From Balanoglossus misakiensis (lineage: Eukaryota; Animalia; Hemichordata), in assembly GCA_040954595.2 (NCBI GenBank), contig CM082596.2, positions 5,220,791 through 5,284,790 on the forward strand: a DNA stretch of 64,000 nt, read 5' to 3'. The notes under the pieces were generated by a model. That model had not been told where the DNA came from, did no database searches, and saw nothing but the letters and a program-made list of their open reading frames with translations. Positions 1 to 21,682 of the stretch are shown one piece after another. Numbering within the stretch: position 1 is the first letter of the stretch; each line of letters opens with the position of its first letter. A program made the translations under genes and the position numbers.

Positions 1-3000
1 GCCCCTGCTGCGTCCTTTGCCTGCACCTTCTGCTCTCTTCTTCACGTCATCAATCCTGGGCACAACCCTTCTGCCCATGGGTGAGGGTTTAGTTTCTTCA
101 TATACAGCCTTTTTCCGGGGTTTCATCTTGCCTTTACCGTGGGCCACAGGACCTGAGGGCAACCGGTCGTCCTCTCTTTCTTGAGCCTCAACCGCCTGCA
201 ACCCAAAAATACAAACAGGTATCCCTTTAATAACAGTGATTGGTTGGCATTTCTTTCCTTTGCAAGTTCTTGTTGGGGGGGTTGTCGAAATATACATTAC
301 AAAATAGGTGTCGCCAAGCAAGTCAATGAAATTATAAGTTGCTAAATTTGTCTGATAAATAAAGAATATTACGAGTCAGCATTTTCAACGTGTTATCTCA
401 AAATGGCAATAGCATTTTCAAGTTCTAGATTGAATTTTCTTATTTTCTTTGCCCAAACCAGATTCAAAATTTAATGAAAATGACCAGAGGAAGTTGAGTA
501 CTTACATCAAGCTTCTCAGAGAAGGCATTTAAATCGTCAATCCACAGATCATTGGGCGTCTTCATTCGCAGGTCTGATAGTTCGGCAGCCTGTGTAATTA
601 AACAAAAATGACAAAGCGTAGCTCAGTAAACAATTTTGTGATATACTGGTACTTGACACTTATCTTCAAAGCAGATGACATGAACTCAACACATATGTTG
701 TCTGATGCAAAAACAGCCAAATTCGGTTGTTTATATGACAGCCAATAAAGGAAAAAAATGACCATGAATTGGTTTATCTTTCTGCACTGACCTTTTCATC
801 TCTGTGTTTGAGGAGTTCATCTTTCTTTTCTCTGGACAGACTCATCAAGGGCATGTTCAGCAGATAGTTGAAGTCGACACCCGTGCCCGACGCTGTCGAG
901 AACTGACTGGATGTGTCGTCATCATCGTCTTCCATCTCATCATCTTTGCCTTGATTCTGTGATTCTTTCCACGACTTGACTGGGTCCGAATCATAGCCGC
1001 GCTGCACAAGCATCGATATCACATCTTTCTTCTTCTTGTTTTCTGGAAAGAGATAAAAAATGATCACAAAGATCGTCTTTGTATCACAATCAATCATAGC
1101 AACTCGACAACCTCATCTCAGTCATTAAACCCAAAGCAGGGATGTCGAATATTTCCATTGCAGGTGCCATATTACTCTTATAGGAAACAATTGGGTTGGA
1201 CCAAACCATGGTAATGAAAGGGTTAAGGCAATGCCTGGATACACACACAAAAATAAGAACCGTCAGCTCACCGATGACAATGGTGCCCTCGATCTTCTCC
1301 AAGATGAACCGCGCTTGGTTGTCCAACCTCAGAGACTCGGCTGCCAACATGCCTTCCAGGTACGCCTTACGAATCCTGTACCGCTCCAGTCGCAGATCAA
1401 AGAACTCTCTGAAGATTTCTGTGACACTGTCGTATTTCCTGATGCAGCCATTGGAATCGAAAAGCACCTGCAGCAAAAAAGTCAAAGTCAAATGTGATTC
1501 AAAAGAGTGTACAAAATGCTGGAATTTACATAAATCCAGAAAAATAACAGTGCTATAGGACACTGACAAGACTAACCATAATGGGTGATTTCTTACACCA
1601 ACACAACGGTCAATCTTTCAGCACTCTATCTAAACTGCATGTTGGTGTGCTGGCTAACTCTTTTTTGTCTCGGAAATCTCTCCTTCCTGACAGAGGGTAC
1701 ACATGTTGTACTTACACTGTTGGTCTGTGAAAGCGTTGTTTGCAATTTGAAGACTTTATGAAGGCCTTGCTCTTCTGCTTTGAACAGTTTGTCTTCTGTC
1801 ATTTTGATGACAAACTTGACAGTGGTGTCAGTGTGGTACTCTTTGTAATCACTGAAAAAGAACATTTAAAAAAATGCAATTATTTTGATAGTTCCAAGCC
1901 ATAGAGTGTTTGTCAGAAATCAGTTTCAGGGTTAATAGGCTGTACTGTACTTTTGAAAAGCAAGTTATCAGAACCACACAATCTTTCTACTTAGCTTTTC
2001 ACACAACATTGCGATTTTTCTTCTGGTACACTTACGTAATCATAGGAGGAACTTTCTCTGTTCCATGGAGCATGGGTTCCAAGACCGTCTCTTTGTAAGT
2101 CTGGGTCCAGGTTCTGATTGGCAGTTCTGTGATCTCTAACGTGTTGTTGTCAATGATCGCGATCTCTCCGTTGCAGGCGTAGCGGTTCTCTTCGATCTCC
2201 TCGATGGTTCCGCTGAAGTTCTTGTAGGACGGGAGCTGTGTGGGAATTTTGACCATTCAATAAGATAAGGATTACACTGCACACTATCTACAGCTCAGAG
2301 TTATTTGTGCCTTGCAATTCAAACTTCATAATACATAAATATTGGACAACACAGTCCAACGCAGCACTCACCATTGGCAGAGGCTCTTCTCCATCAATCA
2401 TCCTCCTGCAGTTGGCGACAACTTCCCGGACGTCGTAGTTCTGGACTTTGGTGCTCCATCCGGTACCGATGCCGTCCGCTCCGTTGATGAGAACCATGGG
2501 AATGATGGGGCAGTACCACTCGGGCTCAATGCGCTGATTGTCATCGTACAAGTAAGTCAGATTGAAGTCATCATTTGCAGGGAACACCAATCTGGCGAGG
2601 GCGCTGTGAAAAGATAGACCCAAATGTCAGCGTTCACAGTTTATACTCGACTTTCATTCAAGTATTGATTCTTTCAATACCTGCACGCACAACTCAAAGG
2701 TTTGCTCTTACAGATTCAGGATTTATAAAGCTCAAAGTTACTCAAATCTCAAGCCCAGGTTTGCTATTAGAGAAACCATCTCTTACCTTAGCATGGTGAA
2801 AATGTATCTGGGACTAGCTGCATCCTTGCCACCGTGAAGTCTGGTACCAAACTGACCCACGGGCTGCAGCAAGTTCAAGTTATTGCTGCCCACAAAATTC
2901 TGGGCTAAATTGATGATGGTGCTCATCAGGGAAGTCTGGAAAAGCATGAAAAATAGAATTATTTCAGGTTAGTGATTGTGAATAATTCTGGTGGTTTACA

Positions 3001-6000
3001 AGCCTGCTGTAGATCTACACCAGCAGTGTATCACACATTTAGTACAGCACCATGGATCTAAGTCTAACAAATTTGACATCCTACGAATTCAAGATTCACA
3101 CTCCTCTGAAAATTATCCCCAAGCACTCACTTCACCGTGGTGGTAGGCAGACTTCTCAGCAATGGAACCTGCCAACTGGGCCACTTTGACTTCCCGCTTG
3201 TCATTTCTCTTGAAGCAAGTGAACAACACCTTACGCTGACCGGGTTTGAGACCTACAGTGTCACAGAAGAATGAAAGAGGATGTTCACATATCAGAGAGT
3301 TTAATGCAGACGCTGAAATATTGGAAACGAACTCTTCATTTCTCATCCCGTTAACGATCCCAATTTTTGAATGCACTCACCATCGACCATGGATGGAATA
3401 GACCTTTCGTTGTCTGCGTTGGAGAACAGAACCAACTCCTTGTTGACAAAGTCATTGTACGAGATGTACCTGGTCTCTTTGTTGTACAGGTAGAGCTGAA
3501 AGAGAGAACAAAGAATCCAGTTGGCAAAAAGGACTTGAATATGCAACTTCAGACTTTTCAACCTGTGTGTACTCCCCTCAAGTGAGATCAACAAGGTCGT
3601 TAATTAACATGTTGGTACCCCTACGAATTTGTCAAGGGGCAACCAGACCAGCACCCCCTTAAAATGTCAATCACACATCAGAGATATTACAGTACCAGAG
3701 TGGAATCCTCCCAAAATATTCTGGCAAAGGAAGACAATCATGAAACACTGATACTTACATCAGACAAACCGTCCTCCCTTCTACGTTTCCTCTCAGCCAG
3801 CCACTCTGTCAACCACTCCTTCCGCTCCTCACACTTCTTCTTGCTAAAGGCAAGGGTGATCGCAGCATCGTCGTCGGGGCCACCATACTTGAACGGAATC
3901 CGGTGGCGGGTCATGTCCGCAAAGTATTCCTTGGCCTCCTTGTTGGTGCTCGTACCCAAACCTTACAAGTTTAAGAAAAGACAAAATGATGGTCCAAATA
4001 CACCCTTGTACATTGATGACTTTTTCAATAGTTTTTTCCCCCATGGATTTTTTGTTCACATTTTATCTGGTAACATCAGTCACATGCATAGCTCCTTGTA
4101 CAACACTGTTGTCCGTCAGGTGATCATAGTTCCGAAATGAAATCATAAGTCACAACAACTGTCGCGCCCATGCCAAAAAAGACAAACCTTTGTAGTACTT
4201 TATCTTCCATGATGTGTAGTTTGGAGTGGCTTTCTTCCACTCTTCAAATTCCGGCAGACTGTAGAAGGGCATCGACTGCGTCCCCTTGCTCACCTACGAA
4301 GTCAAAGTTCATTGTCAATGTTTAACCTTTTTCAAATAAACTGTAGATACTGGTAGTGCATTACACTACAGATTAGCAGCAGACAATATCACATCTTATG
4401 AAGATGTACGATTAAGAGTAATTGAAAAATCCAACATAACTCACCTTGACAATAGGAGTGATGAACTCTTCTAAAAAGTTCATTTTAAGTAAACTGGGCC
4501 AGTTGTGGTGAATGAAATTGATCAGCAGCCCTTTGATGTGGGAACCGTCCTGGTCCTGATCTGTCATGATCATCAGCCTGCCGTATCTCAGCGTCTTCAA
4601 GATGTCTTCCGAGTCGTAAGACTTCTTGTACTGAAGACCCATGATTTTGATGATGTTGTTGATCTCAGCATTCTCCATGATCTGTGTGTGTTACAAGCAG
4701 AATCATTTACTACTGCAATCCAAACTAAGCGTATATAACATATGTTGCAAACCAGAAATGATTCTTGATGATCGAATATAGGTCAGATCAATATCCTTCC
4801 CAGAGTTGGTTACCTGCTTATGTGTGGCCTCCCTGACGTTGAGAAGTTTACCACGTAATGGGAACACGCCGAACTTGTCCCTGCCAACCACCGACAGACC
4901 GCTCACAGCCAATGTCTTGGCTGAGTCTCCCTCTGTCAGGATAAGCGTGCAGCCTCTAGAGTTCTTGGTTCCAGCGTCATTGGCGTCGTCCAGCTTGGGA
5001 ATGCCTTTCAGTTTGGACATCTTGGTGGCATGGCACTTCTTGTTCAGCTGGGTCTGCGCCTTGATCTTCATCCAGTTGACGATACTCTCCACTATGCCGC
5101 AGCCCATGGCCTGTACACAGAAGTTCAATAAAAAAATCACTCTACTTTTCAAATTCAATTACGGACAAGCCACTGGTCTGCACAGGGGTTCAATAAGTAA
5201 TCAGGATTTTGTTTTTTTGATTCAAATATGGACAAGCATATTGAGACAATATTCTGATGGACCACGACACAAAACAAAGGTTTTTGAATGAAACATAGAT
5301 ATACATGTTTTCCTAGGTATGCATTTATCCACCAGGTTATTCGTACTGCCATCACCATTTCTTCCTGCATCTAGTGTTTACAGAACACAACATTTCAACT
5401 CTGATATAAGCCTTTTTATTTACATTTGCATCAAAAGAATTTTGTCAGCAAAATTACTAATGCATCTGTGACATCAAAGAAAATGATCCATCAACAAATA
5501 TCTCAGACAACACTGACCTGTTTGATGAATTTATCACTCAGCTTACATGTGGATCCAAACTTCTTGGCTTGCAGAGTCATGTTCTCTTTGGTTTGCGAAT
5601 CAAAGGAGGGATTCTCCACCAAGCAGTTCACAAATACCCACAGATGAGTCTTGATCTGAAACAACATTATTGGTTTATAATGAAGTTTAATTTTCCACAT
5701 CACAAGGTTTTGTTCTCATCATATATGTATCTGGAAATCAAAACAACTGTTCTACGTGTGGCCAGGTTTGTGTCGTTTGCAGGGCACACAAACTGCTATT
5801 TGATCATTTAAATTTAAAAGAATGCATCAGAAAAACTTACCTGGAAGGGCTTTATATTAATTCCTCCTTTATTCTTTCTCTTGACAGTTTCCATTAATTT
5901 CGACACAAGCTGATCAACAACATAATCAATATGTCTCCCACCCTAGAAAAAAAAACACAACAAGAAACAAATTTATAAAAAATTCATACGTGTGAAAATA

Positions 6001-9000
6001 CAAACTTCAAACCTAACAGGACAACACTGCCACAAACTTACCTTAGTCGTAGCAATGCTATTGACAAAGCTGACTTGCTGGAAGCCTTGCTCACTCATAG
6101 CGACGCACACCTCCCATCTGTCATTCACCACTTCGTGTACGACTTTCAGGGGTTCGTTGGTCTCCGTTGTCCTGTCCTTGACGTAGAGGTCAACATAATC
6201 ACGGAAGTCTTTTACCTGTTGATGATATATGTCACACCAAGGTGGATTATGGAAGGTGCTCTTGTGTTCATAAGTACTATCCAACAATAATTCTATGCTA
6301 ACTGTAGAATTCCTATGCAATTTGTAGCCACTCAGAGTCACCAGCTGCACTATGAGTTTCCAACAGCCTAAAATCAATATTTTGGCCATGTAACAAAGAG
6401 CTTGACACCATAAGGGGCAGAAAAAATGATAAAAAATTCAAATTGTCATGTGTGAAGAACCACAGAACACTGGAACAGTCTGTGTGCAACACTTCTTTCC
6501 TCTGGAGGAAAAACAACAGAGATCAGGATAAAAGTTTCACTTACAGGAAGTCTCTTGCCATTCAGAAACACTCTCACACCTTTCGTGACACCAGCGATGT
6601 CGTAAGCACGTCTCGTCAACAAAGCAACTGTGTCCCTGTCCAGACGCTCCATTTTAAACTTGGCAAGATCCGGCTGGAAGGAGATCTCTGTGAAGTCCTT
6701 TCCGTCGAATGGTTTGATGTTGTTGTCCCCGGCTTTTGTCATGTTATTCTTCCATGTCTACAAGAAAAAGAAATGTTACTTACAAAAAGGGATTGCTGAT
6801 ACGGTGGGGGACACCAGCCATACAAGGCTGTCTGCCTAGTATGGTTGATTAGCCATCATTTTCCAAAATCATACACTCTCTCAGTAAACTGGGAGACCAA
6901 TTAATGAGTTCCGAATCCATACGCTCTAGTACTTTCACATATGAAAGTGATATCTAACTCAAACCTTCAAGACTTTCGAACGTTGCATGAAATATGTCAC
7001 AAACCTGTTTGAATTGTTTGCCATACTCTTTGGATGCTGTCGCCACTGTGAATTTCGTGCTGAATATATTGCACAGTTTTGCACCATAACCGTTTCGACC
7101 ACCTGAAACATGCAAGGAATGTATAGCAGAGTTGATCATACTGGGGGCCATGAAAATTGCCAATAATATCACTGCATTGGTTGCTATAGGTTACAACAAA
7201 CTGATTTGACCAAAGTTCCTCCTACCTGTCACTTTCCTCTCTTCATCGTTGTAATTACTGGACGTCAGAAGGTGCCCAAAGATCAGTGAGGGAACGTAGA
7301 TTTTCTCAACTTGGTGGACGATCACTGGAATTCCTTTCCCGTTATTCCAAATACTTATTAGATTGCTCTCTCTATCAGGTAAAATGCACAAAATATACTT
7401 CAGCAAAGATTTGTTCCCTTCTTAACAGAAATTCACAAAACAGATATGGTGTATGTTGACTACTGTTTCTCTACATGTGCTTACTCACTGAATATCCGGG
7501 TCTACTGTACATGCAAGAACCAGACTAGGAGTTTCAGAATGAAATATGGTCACAAGGGAATGTCATTTAAAACATAACTCTCAGAACATTCATTTTTGGT
7601 GATACTGAAATTTCTCTAACTTCAAAAACTTACGGATCAATGGTGATTTTAATACAATCCATTTTGGGATCCCTTTGTTTGTTATCTGCAGCGTTGACTG
7701 TAAGGAGAAAAAAAAACAATCAATGGTCACATTATTCAAGTGGAATAACTCATGGTTTCGACATTGTATAGTAAATTGCTGTAGCATGACAATGGTAAAC
7801 CATTGGGCATATGTACATGTACTACCTTACCATTGTCAACATTTTTAGCAAATACTACACAAATTAATGCTTTGATAACAATCGTGATGATATATTTCAA
7901 AAATCAAATCAACACAATGGTGTATCAATTATTTACAGCATTTTTAATGATTTATACCAAAACAAACCTAGAAAAATAATGCCAACTTACCTAAAATTTC
8001 ATCAAATATTTTGTACAGACCAGGCACAAATGTGATTTCTCTGTACACAAGACTTCCATTCTCTCCAACATCTTTATCAAACACCCACATGGACTGAAAA
8101 ATTAGGAATATTGCATAATAAATTATTTGTTGCCATGGACCACTTCGCGGATAGAATAACGCAGGGGGATGTGGGGCAGTTTGCGTTCTGAGCGCGTGCG
8201 TTGTACTAGACGCTAGCCTATGTTGAACACAAATTATCCCATCATGCATTGCAGATACCCTATCCGCGAAGTGGTCTATGTTTGTAGTTACAAACTAAAT
8301 ACAAACACTTTATTTAACACACTACAATAAATAAACCATTTACCTGCGTGACTGGTTCAACAGATCCAATGTATGTATCAGGACGGAGCAAAATATGCTC
8401 CAGCTGGGTTTTTTTCTGATAGATACGTTCGACAGAGAGACGCTTTCCCCCCTTCTTGCTTGTCTCCTTTTTAGGACCATCTTCGTTGGCTACTGCTGCA
8501 GCTGCAGACTTTTCTTTGGCTTCTTTCTGTTTAGCCTCATTCTTCTTGTTTGCATTGTCAAACAGGGTCTACAACATAAAAATACAGGAATTATATGTTT
8601 GAATGCTGTAAGCTGTACCGTTGGGGAGGGGGTAATCAGCCACACCCCCCCCCCCCCCCCCCAACAGTTCAGCTGCCTACCACAGCTAAAGATGGCGGTG
8701 TTTACATTTTGACTGCCAAAGATCAATGTTTGCGGTCCAATCGTTTTCAAAATACATTATCATTGAAAAAGGTGTGTAATATATTCCAAAGGGAAAGAAT
8801 TTGACTCCAATTGTCATCCAGGCAAGCAGTATGAAAGTACAATGTATTTTATACTAGTCTTTCAAATCTACATGTACTTGTAACTTTCTATGTGTCGGTT
8901 ACCTTCAGTGGGCCCTCCGACATCGTGACTATCGTCTCACTCTGTATCGCCTGTTGTATCGAAAACCGTTCTTCAATTTTGGTACCGCTCTATCCTAACG

Positions 9001-9370
9001 ACCTGAAGTTAACCCACAGACCGTTTTTTCCCCACTTCGCTTTCAGAAAACTCGAGGCCTGTCAAGTTTCCGGGATCTGGTTTTGACACACGTTTCTTTG
9101 CAAAATCAAAATACAACGTTCACCGCCAAAAATTTGAACCAATCCTGGTGACGGATTTTGATCATGTGGGATATTTACATAATACCGTTTGCTACTGTTC
9201 CGTGATTTTACGGGAACATGGGGAATGAGAGGTCACAGGTCACACCGATTCCGAACAAAACTTCCCTTGCATTTTAACGAAAAATAAGACATCCTTACCA
9301 CCCACGTCAGCTTTCCAGGGCCTCCATTGCCGCCTGAATTATCATCTGATCCAAACGATCCCGGATCCAT
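1..9370 (-). CDS. TOP2: DNA topoisomerase II (type IIA), multi-exon; C-terminal domain continues beyond the left edge
   Basis: Spliced exons give [30 protein letters not shown] (ATPase), EGDSA / PLRGK / [12 protein letters not shown] (TOPRIM), [13 protein letters not shown] and [10 protein letters not shown] (catalytic Tyr, ~2790-2830). Distal first coding exon 9370-9299, exon 2 8568-8344; the introns I checked are GT-AG. Confidence 0.98.
8135..8279. mobile_element. Short MITE-like element in a TOP2 intron
   Basis: ~20-bp terminal inverted repeats ATGGACCACTTCGCGGATAG / CTATCCGCGAAGTGGTCTAT. Confidence 0.65.
8903..8923 (-). CDS. TOP2: TOP2 alternative proximal first coding exon (TOP2A-like, MSEGPLK)
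   Basis: ACG-ATG TCG GAG GGC CCA CTG AAG|GTAACC: 21 coding nt, phase 0, in frame with exon 2. Same length and phase as the recalled human TOP2A exon 1 (MEVSPLQ). Confidence 0.7.
9123..9143 (-). promoter_or_regulatory. Cell-cycle promoter module: inverted CCAAT + CHR + E2F-like site
   Basis: Minus strand reads ATTGG-TTCAAA-TTTTTGGCGG contiguously, ~200 nt upstream of the proximal TOP2 ATG. Confidence 0.55.
9230..9242 (+). promoter_or_regulatory. Perfect nuclear-receptor DR1 element
   Basis: AGGTCA-C-AGGTCA between the two TOP2 first exons. Confidence 0.4.
9299..9370 (-). CDS. TOP2: TOP2 distal first coding exon (TOP2B-like N-terminus [24 protein letters not shown])
   Basis: ATG at 9370, 72 nt, phase-0 donor GTG|GTAAGG. 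Joins exon 2 ([11 protein letters not shown]) to give LTWV|TLFD, as I recall in vertebrate TOP2B. Confidence 0.85.
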
Positions 9371-10040
9371 AGTGGAAAGTCTGTATAGGCCCTTCTGTGC
9401 TCCGAATGTCGAGCCTGTACGACCGTCAGTTCTGTGTACAGTGTGCGGCGATCACGTTGTTCCAACACACAGCGTTCTGTCACCGGTACAGTGGTCCTTT
9501 ATCGATGCACGCGCACAGAAAATCACGATCAGCCCGATCCCAATGAGTCAAACCTGAAAACTGCCTATGCAGCCAGTTTGAACGGTCTTCTCTTATACAG
9601 TACAGATCAGCATTCTGTTGAAGAAATCGTGAAAACGCATTCAGTAAATTTACGATATCAGCAATTTCTTCCTGTACGGAAACAAAAGGCACTCGGCACT
9701 ATGCCCTCAGTGAACTGTTGACAGTACTGAGTAAATCGCGACAAACATCCAGCGAGACATTCGACAATATTAAACGTTCAAGAAAATAATTTACAAGATT
9801 TCAGACAATTATTTGTCTGAAATATATGTTTTTATTTTGATTAATAGTGACGTTAAGTTTTTATTACCGAAAATGTCTATGATAATTAAAAGAAATTGCA
9901 TTTTCGAACGCACGTGCTATGTACACAGCGCTGCATCTTCATCACCATAACACGGCCGTGTACATAAATGCAATGATGTAGGATTTCATGATATAGTACA
10001 TGCACATGTATATGTACATCGTATATGAAAAATTTGCAAT

Positions 10041-10053
10041 TCTGTTTTTAGAT
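10041..10053 (-). terminator. snRNA 3' box (Integrator processing signal) of U1
   Basis: ATCTAAAAACAGA ~10 nt downstream of the U1 3' end, resembling the GTYYN-AAARRYAGA consensus. Confidence 0.65.
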
Positions 10054-10062
10054 TTTTTATAT

Positions 10063-10228
10063 GAGGGGATAGCGCGAACGCAGTCCCCCACTACCATAAA
10101 TTACGCACCCGAGTCACCCACATTTGGGGTGATCGCAAAGGTCAACCCGCCGGTGTGCAATGGACAGGCCTCGCCCTGGGGGAACCGCCGTCATGATCAC
10201 GGTTAAAACCCCTGTGCCAGGTAAGTAT
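10063..10228 (-). ncRNA. RNU1: U1 spliceosomal snRNA
   Basis: Starts ATACTTACCTGG; loop I GATCATGACG; loop II ATTGCAC; stem III TCACCC/GGGTGA (compensatory relative to human); Sm site AATTTATGG; terminal GGGGACTGCGTTCGCGCTATCCCC; ~166 nt. Confidence 0.98.
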
Positions 10229-10272
10229 GCCTGAGAGTACACTTCAATTGGACCCTACCAAACGACTTCAAC

Positions 10273-10291
10273 AATCTTACTACGGTTTAGC
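10273..10291 (-). promoter_or_regulatory. Putative proximal sequence element (PSE) of U1
   Basis: CTAAACCGTAGTAAGATT at about -45 to -63, with an ACCGTA core like metazoan PSEs. Confidence 0.45.
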
Positions 10292-11417
10292 GATATGTTG
10301 CAGAGGAGTCTTTCACAATATAGAAAGTAGTGTCATGCAAATATTTCTATTGTCATTTAAAACAATCGGGGCTAAAACAATTGTTTATTGACATTCAGTG
10401 TCATTCTGCTCATATTCATTCATTTCTTCGTTCATTTTTTGATCCAGCATAAATGTCGTATCACAGGGATTAACCTCTGTCCCTGCAATGCATATCGTCA
10501 TGCATCCATGCATATATCAAACTAAGATACACACAGAAAGACAGACTGCGCCGTTTACGTATGTGATTCACAATACCAGTAATTTTACAGCCAAAAACAT
10601 AGACATCCATTCATAACGTCAGATTAATAATACTTTATTGGTTTAGCATACATGTATTGTAATTAATGGAATCATAAAAGACAAATTTCTTGATAACATG
10701 TAGACTGGAAGAAGTCGCTCGTGCCCAACCCATTGTCTAAATTCTCGTTGGATTTTCTTCAATTGAGAAATACAGTCTATGGTTGAGGGTTGAACCAGGG
10801 TTGGTTGGGTTACCGGAGACAAACTTTTTGGTTTAGTAGTTAAACATCTATCATTTGTGTACGTAAATATATCAATTCGTGTATAGACAAACTTAGTCAA
10901 ACAAAGTCATTAAAATCTTATAAGGCACTGTAAATTATTATTTGTATAAATTACCGACATTTATGATTGTTATCCTATTATTAAATCATGCATATGTGAA
11001 TGCTTAACACTGAATGACATGAATATCAAATACTATAGTACATGCAAACAGTCACTGCAATATCTGTAGTACACAGTACACACGTGTGTAGTTTTTGCAC
11101 TGATTCGGTGATGGGTTGTCAGTTAGCTCAACTACATTCTTGGCAGGTGGAGATTGTCTGAACTGAGTCACGCTGTGCTTGACGGCACTTGGTTGGCGGG
11201 TGATACCGTACACAGTGTGCTACAGGGCACATTTTACTTGTGTTATTAATCTAGTAACTAAATCAAGGTGTCATAATATAAATTGATGTATGAAGAAAGA
11301 GCGATAATTATTATACGGAACGTGATTCGTATATTCGGCCTATTTGGACACCGCATAAAAGCAAATTGAAATGCAACTGTAACAGCCTCTGCATCAACAT
11401 CTTCGAATCATTCTGAA

Positions 11418-21682
<10,265 letters not shown>

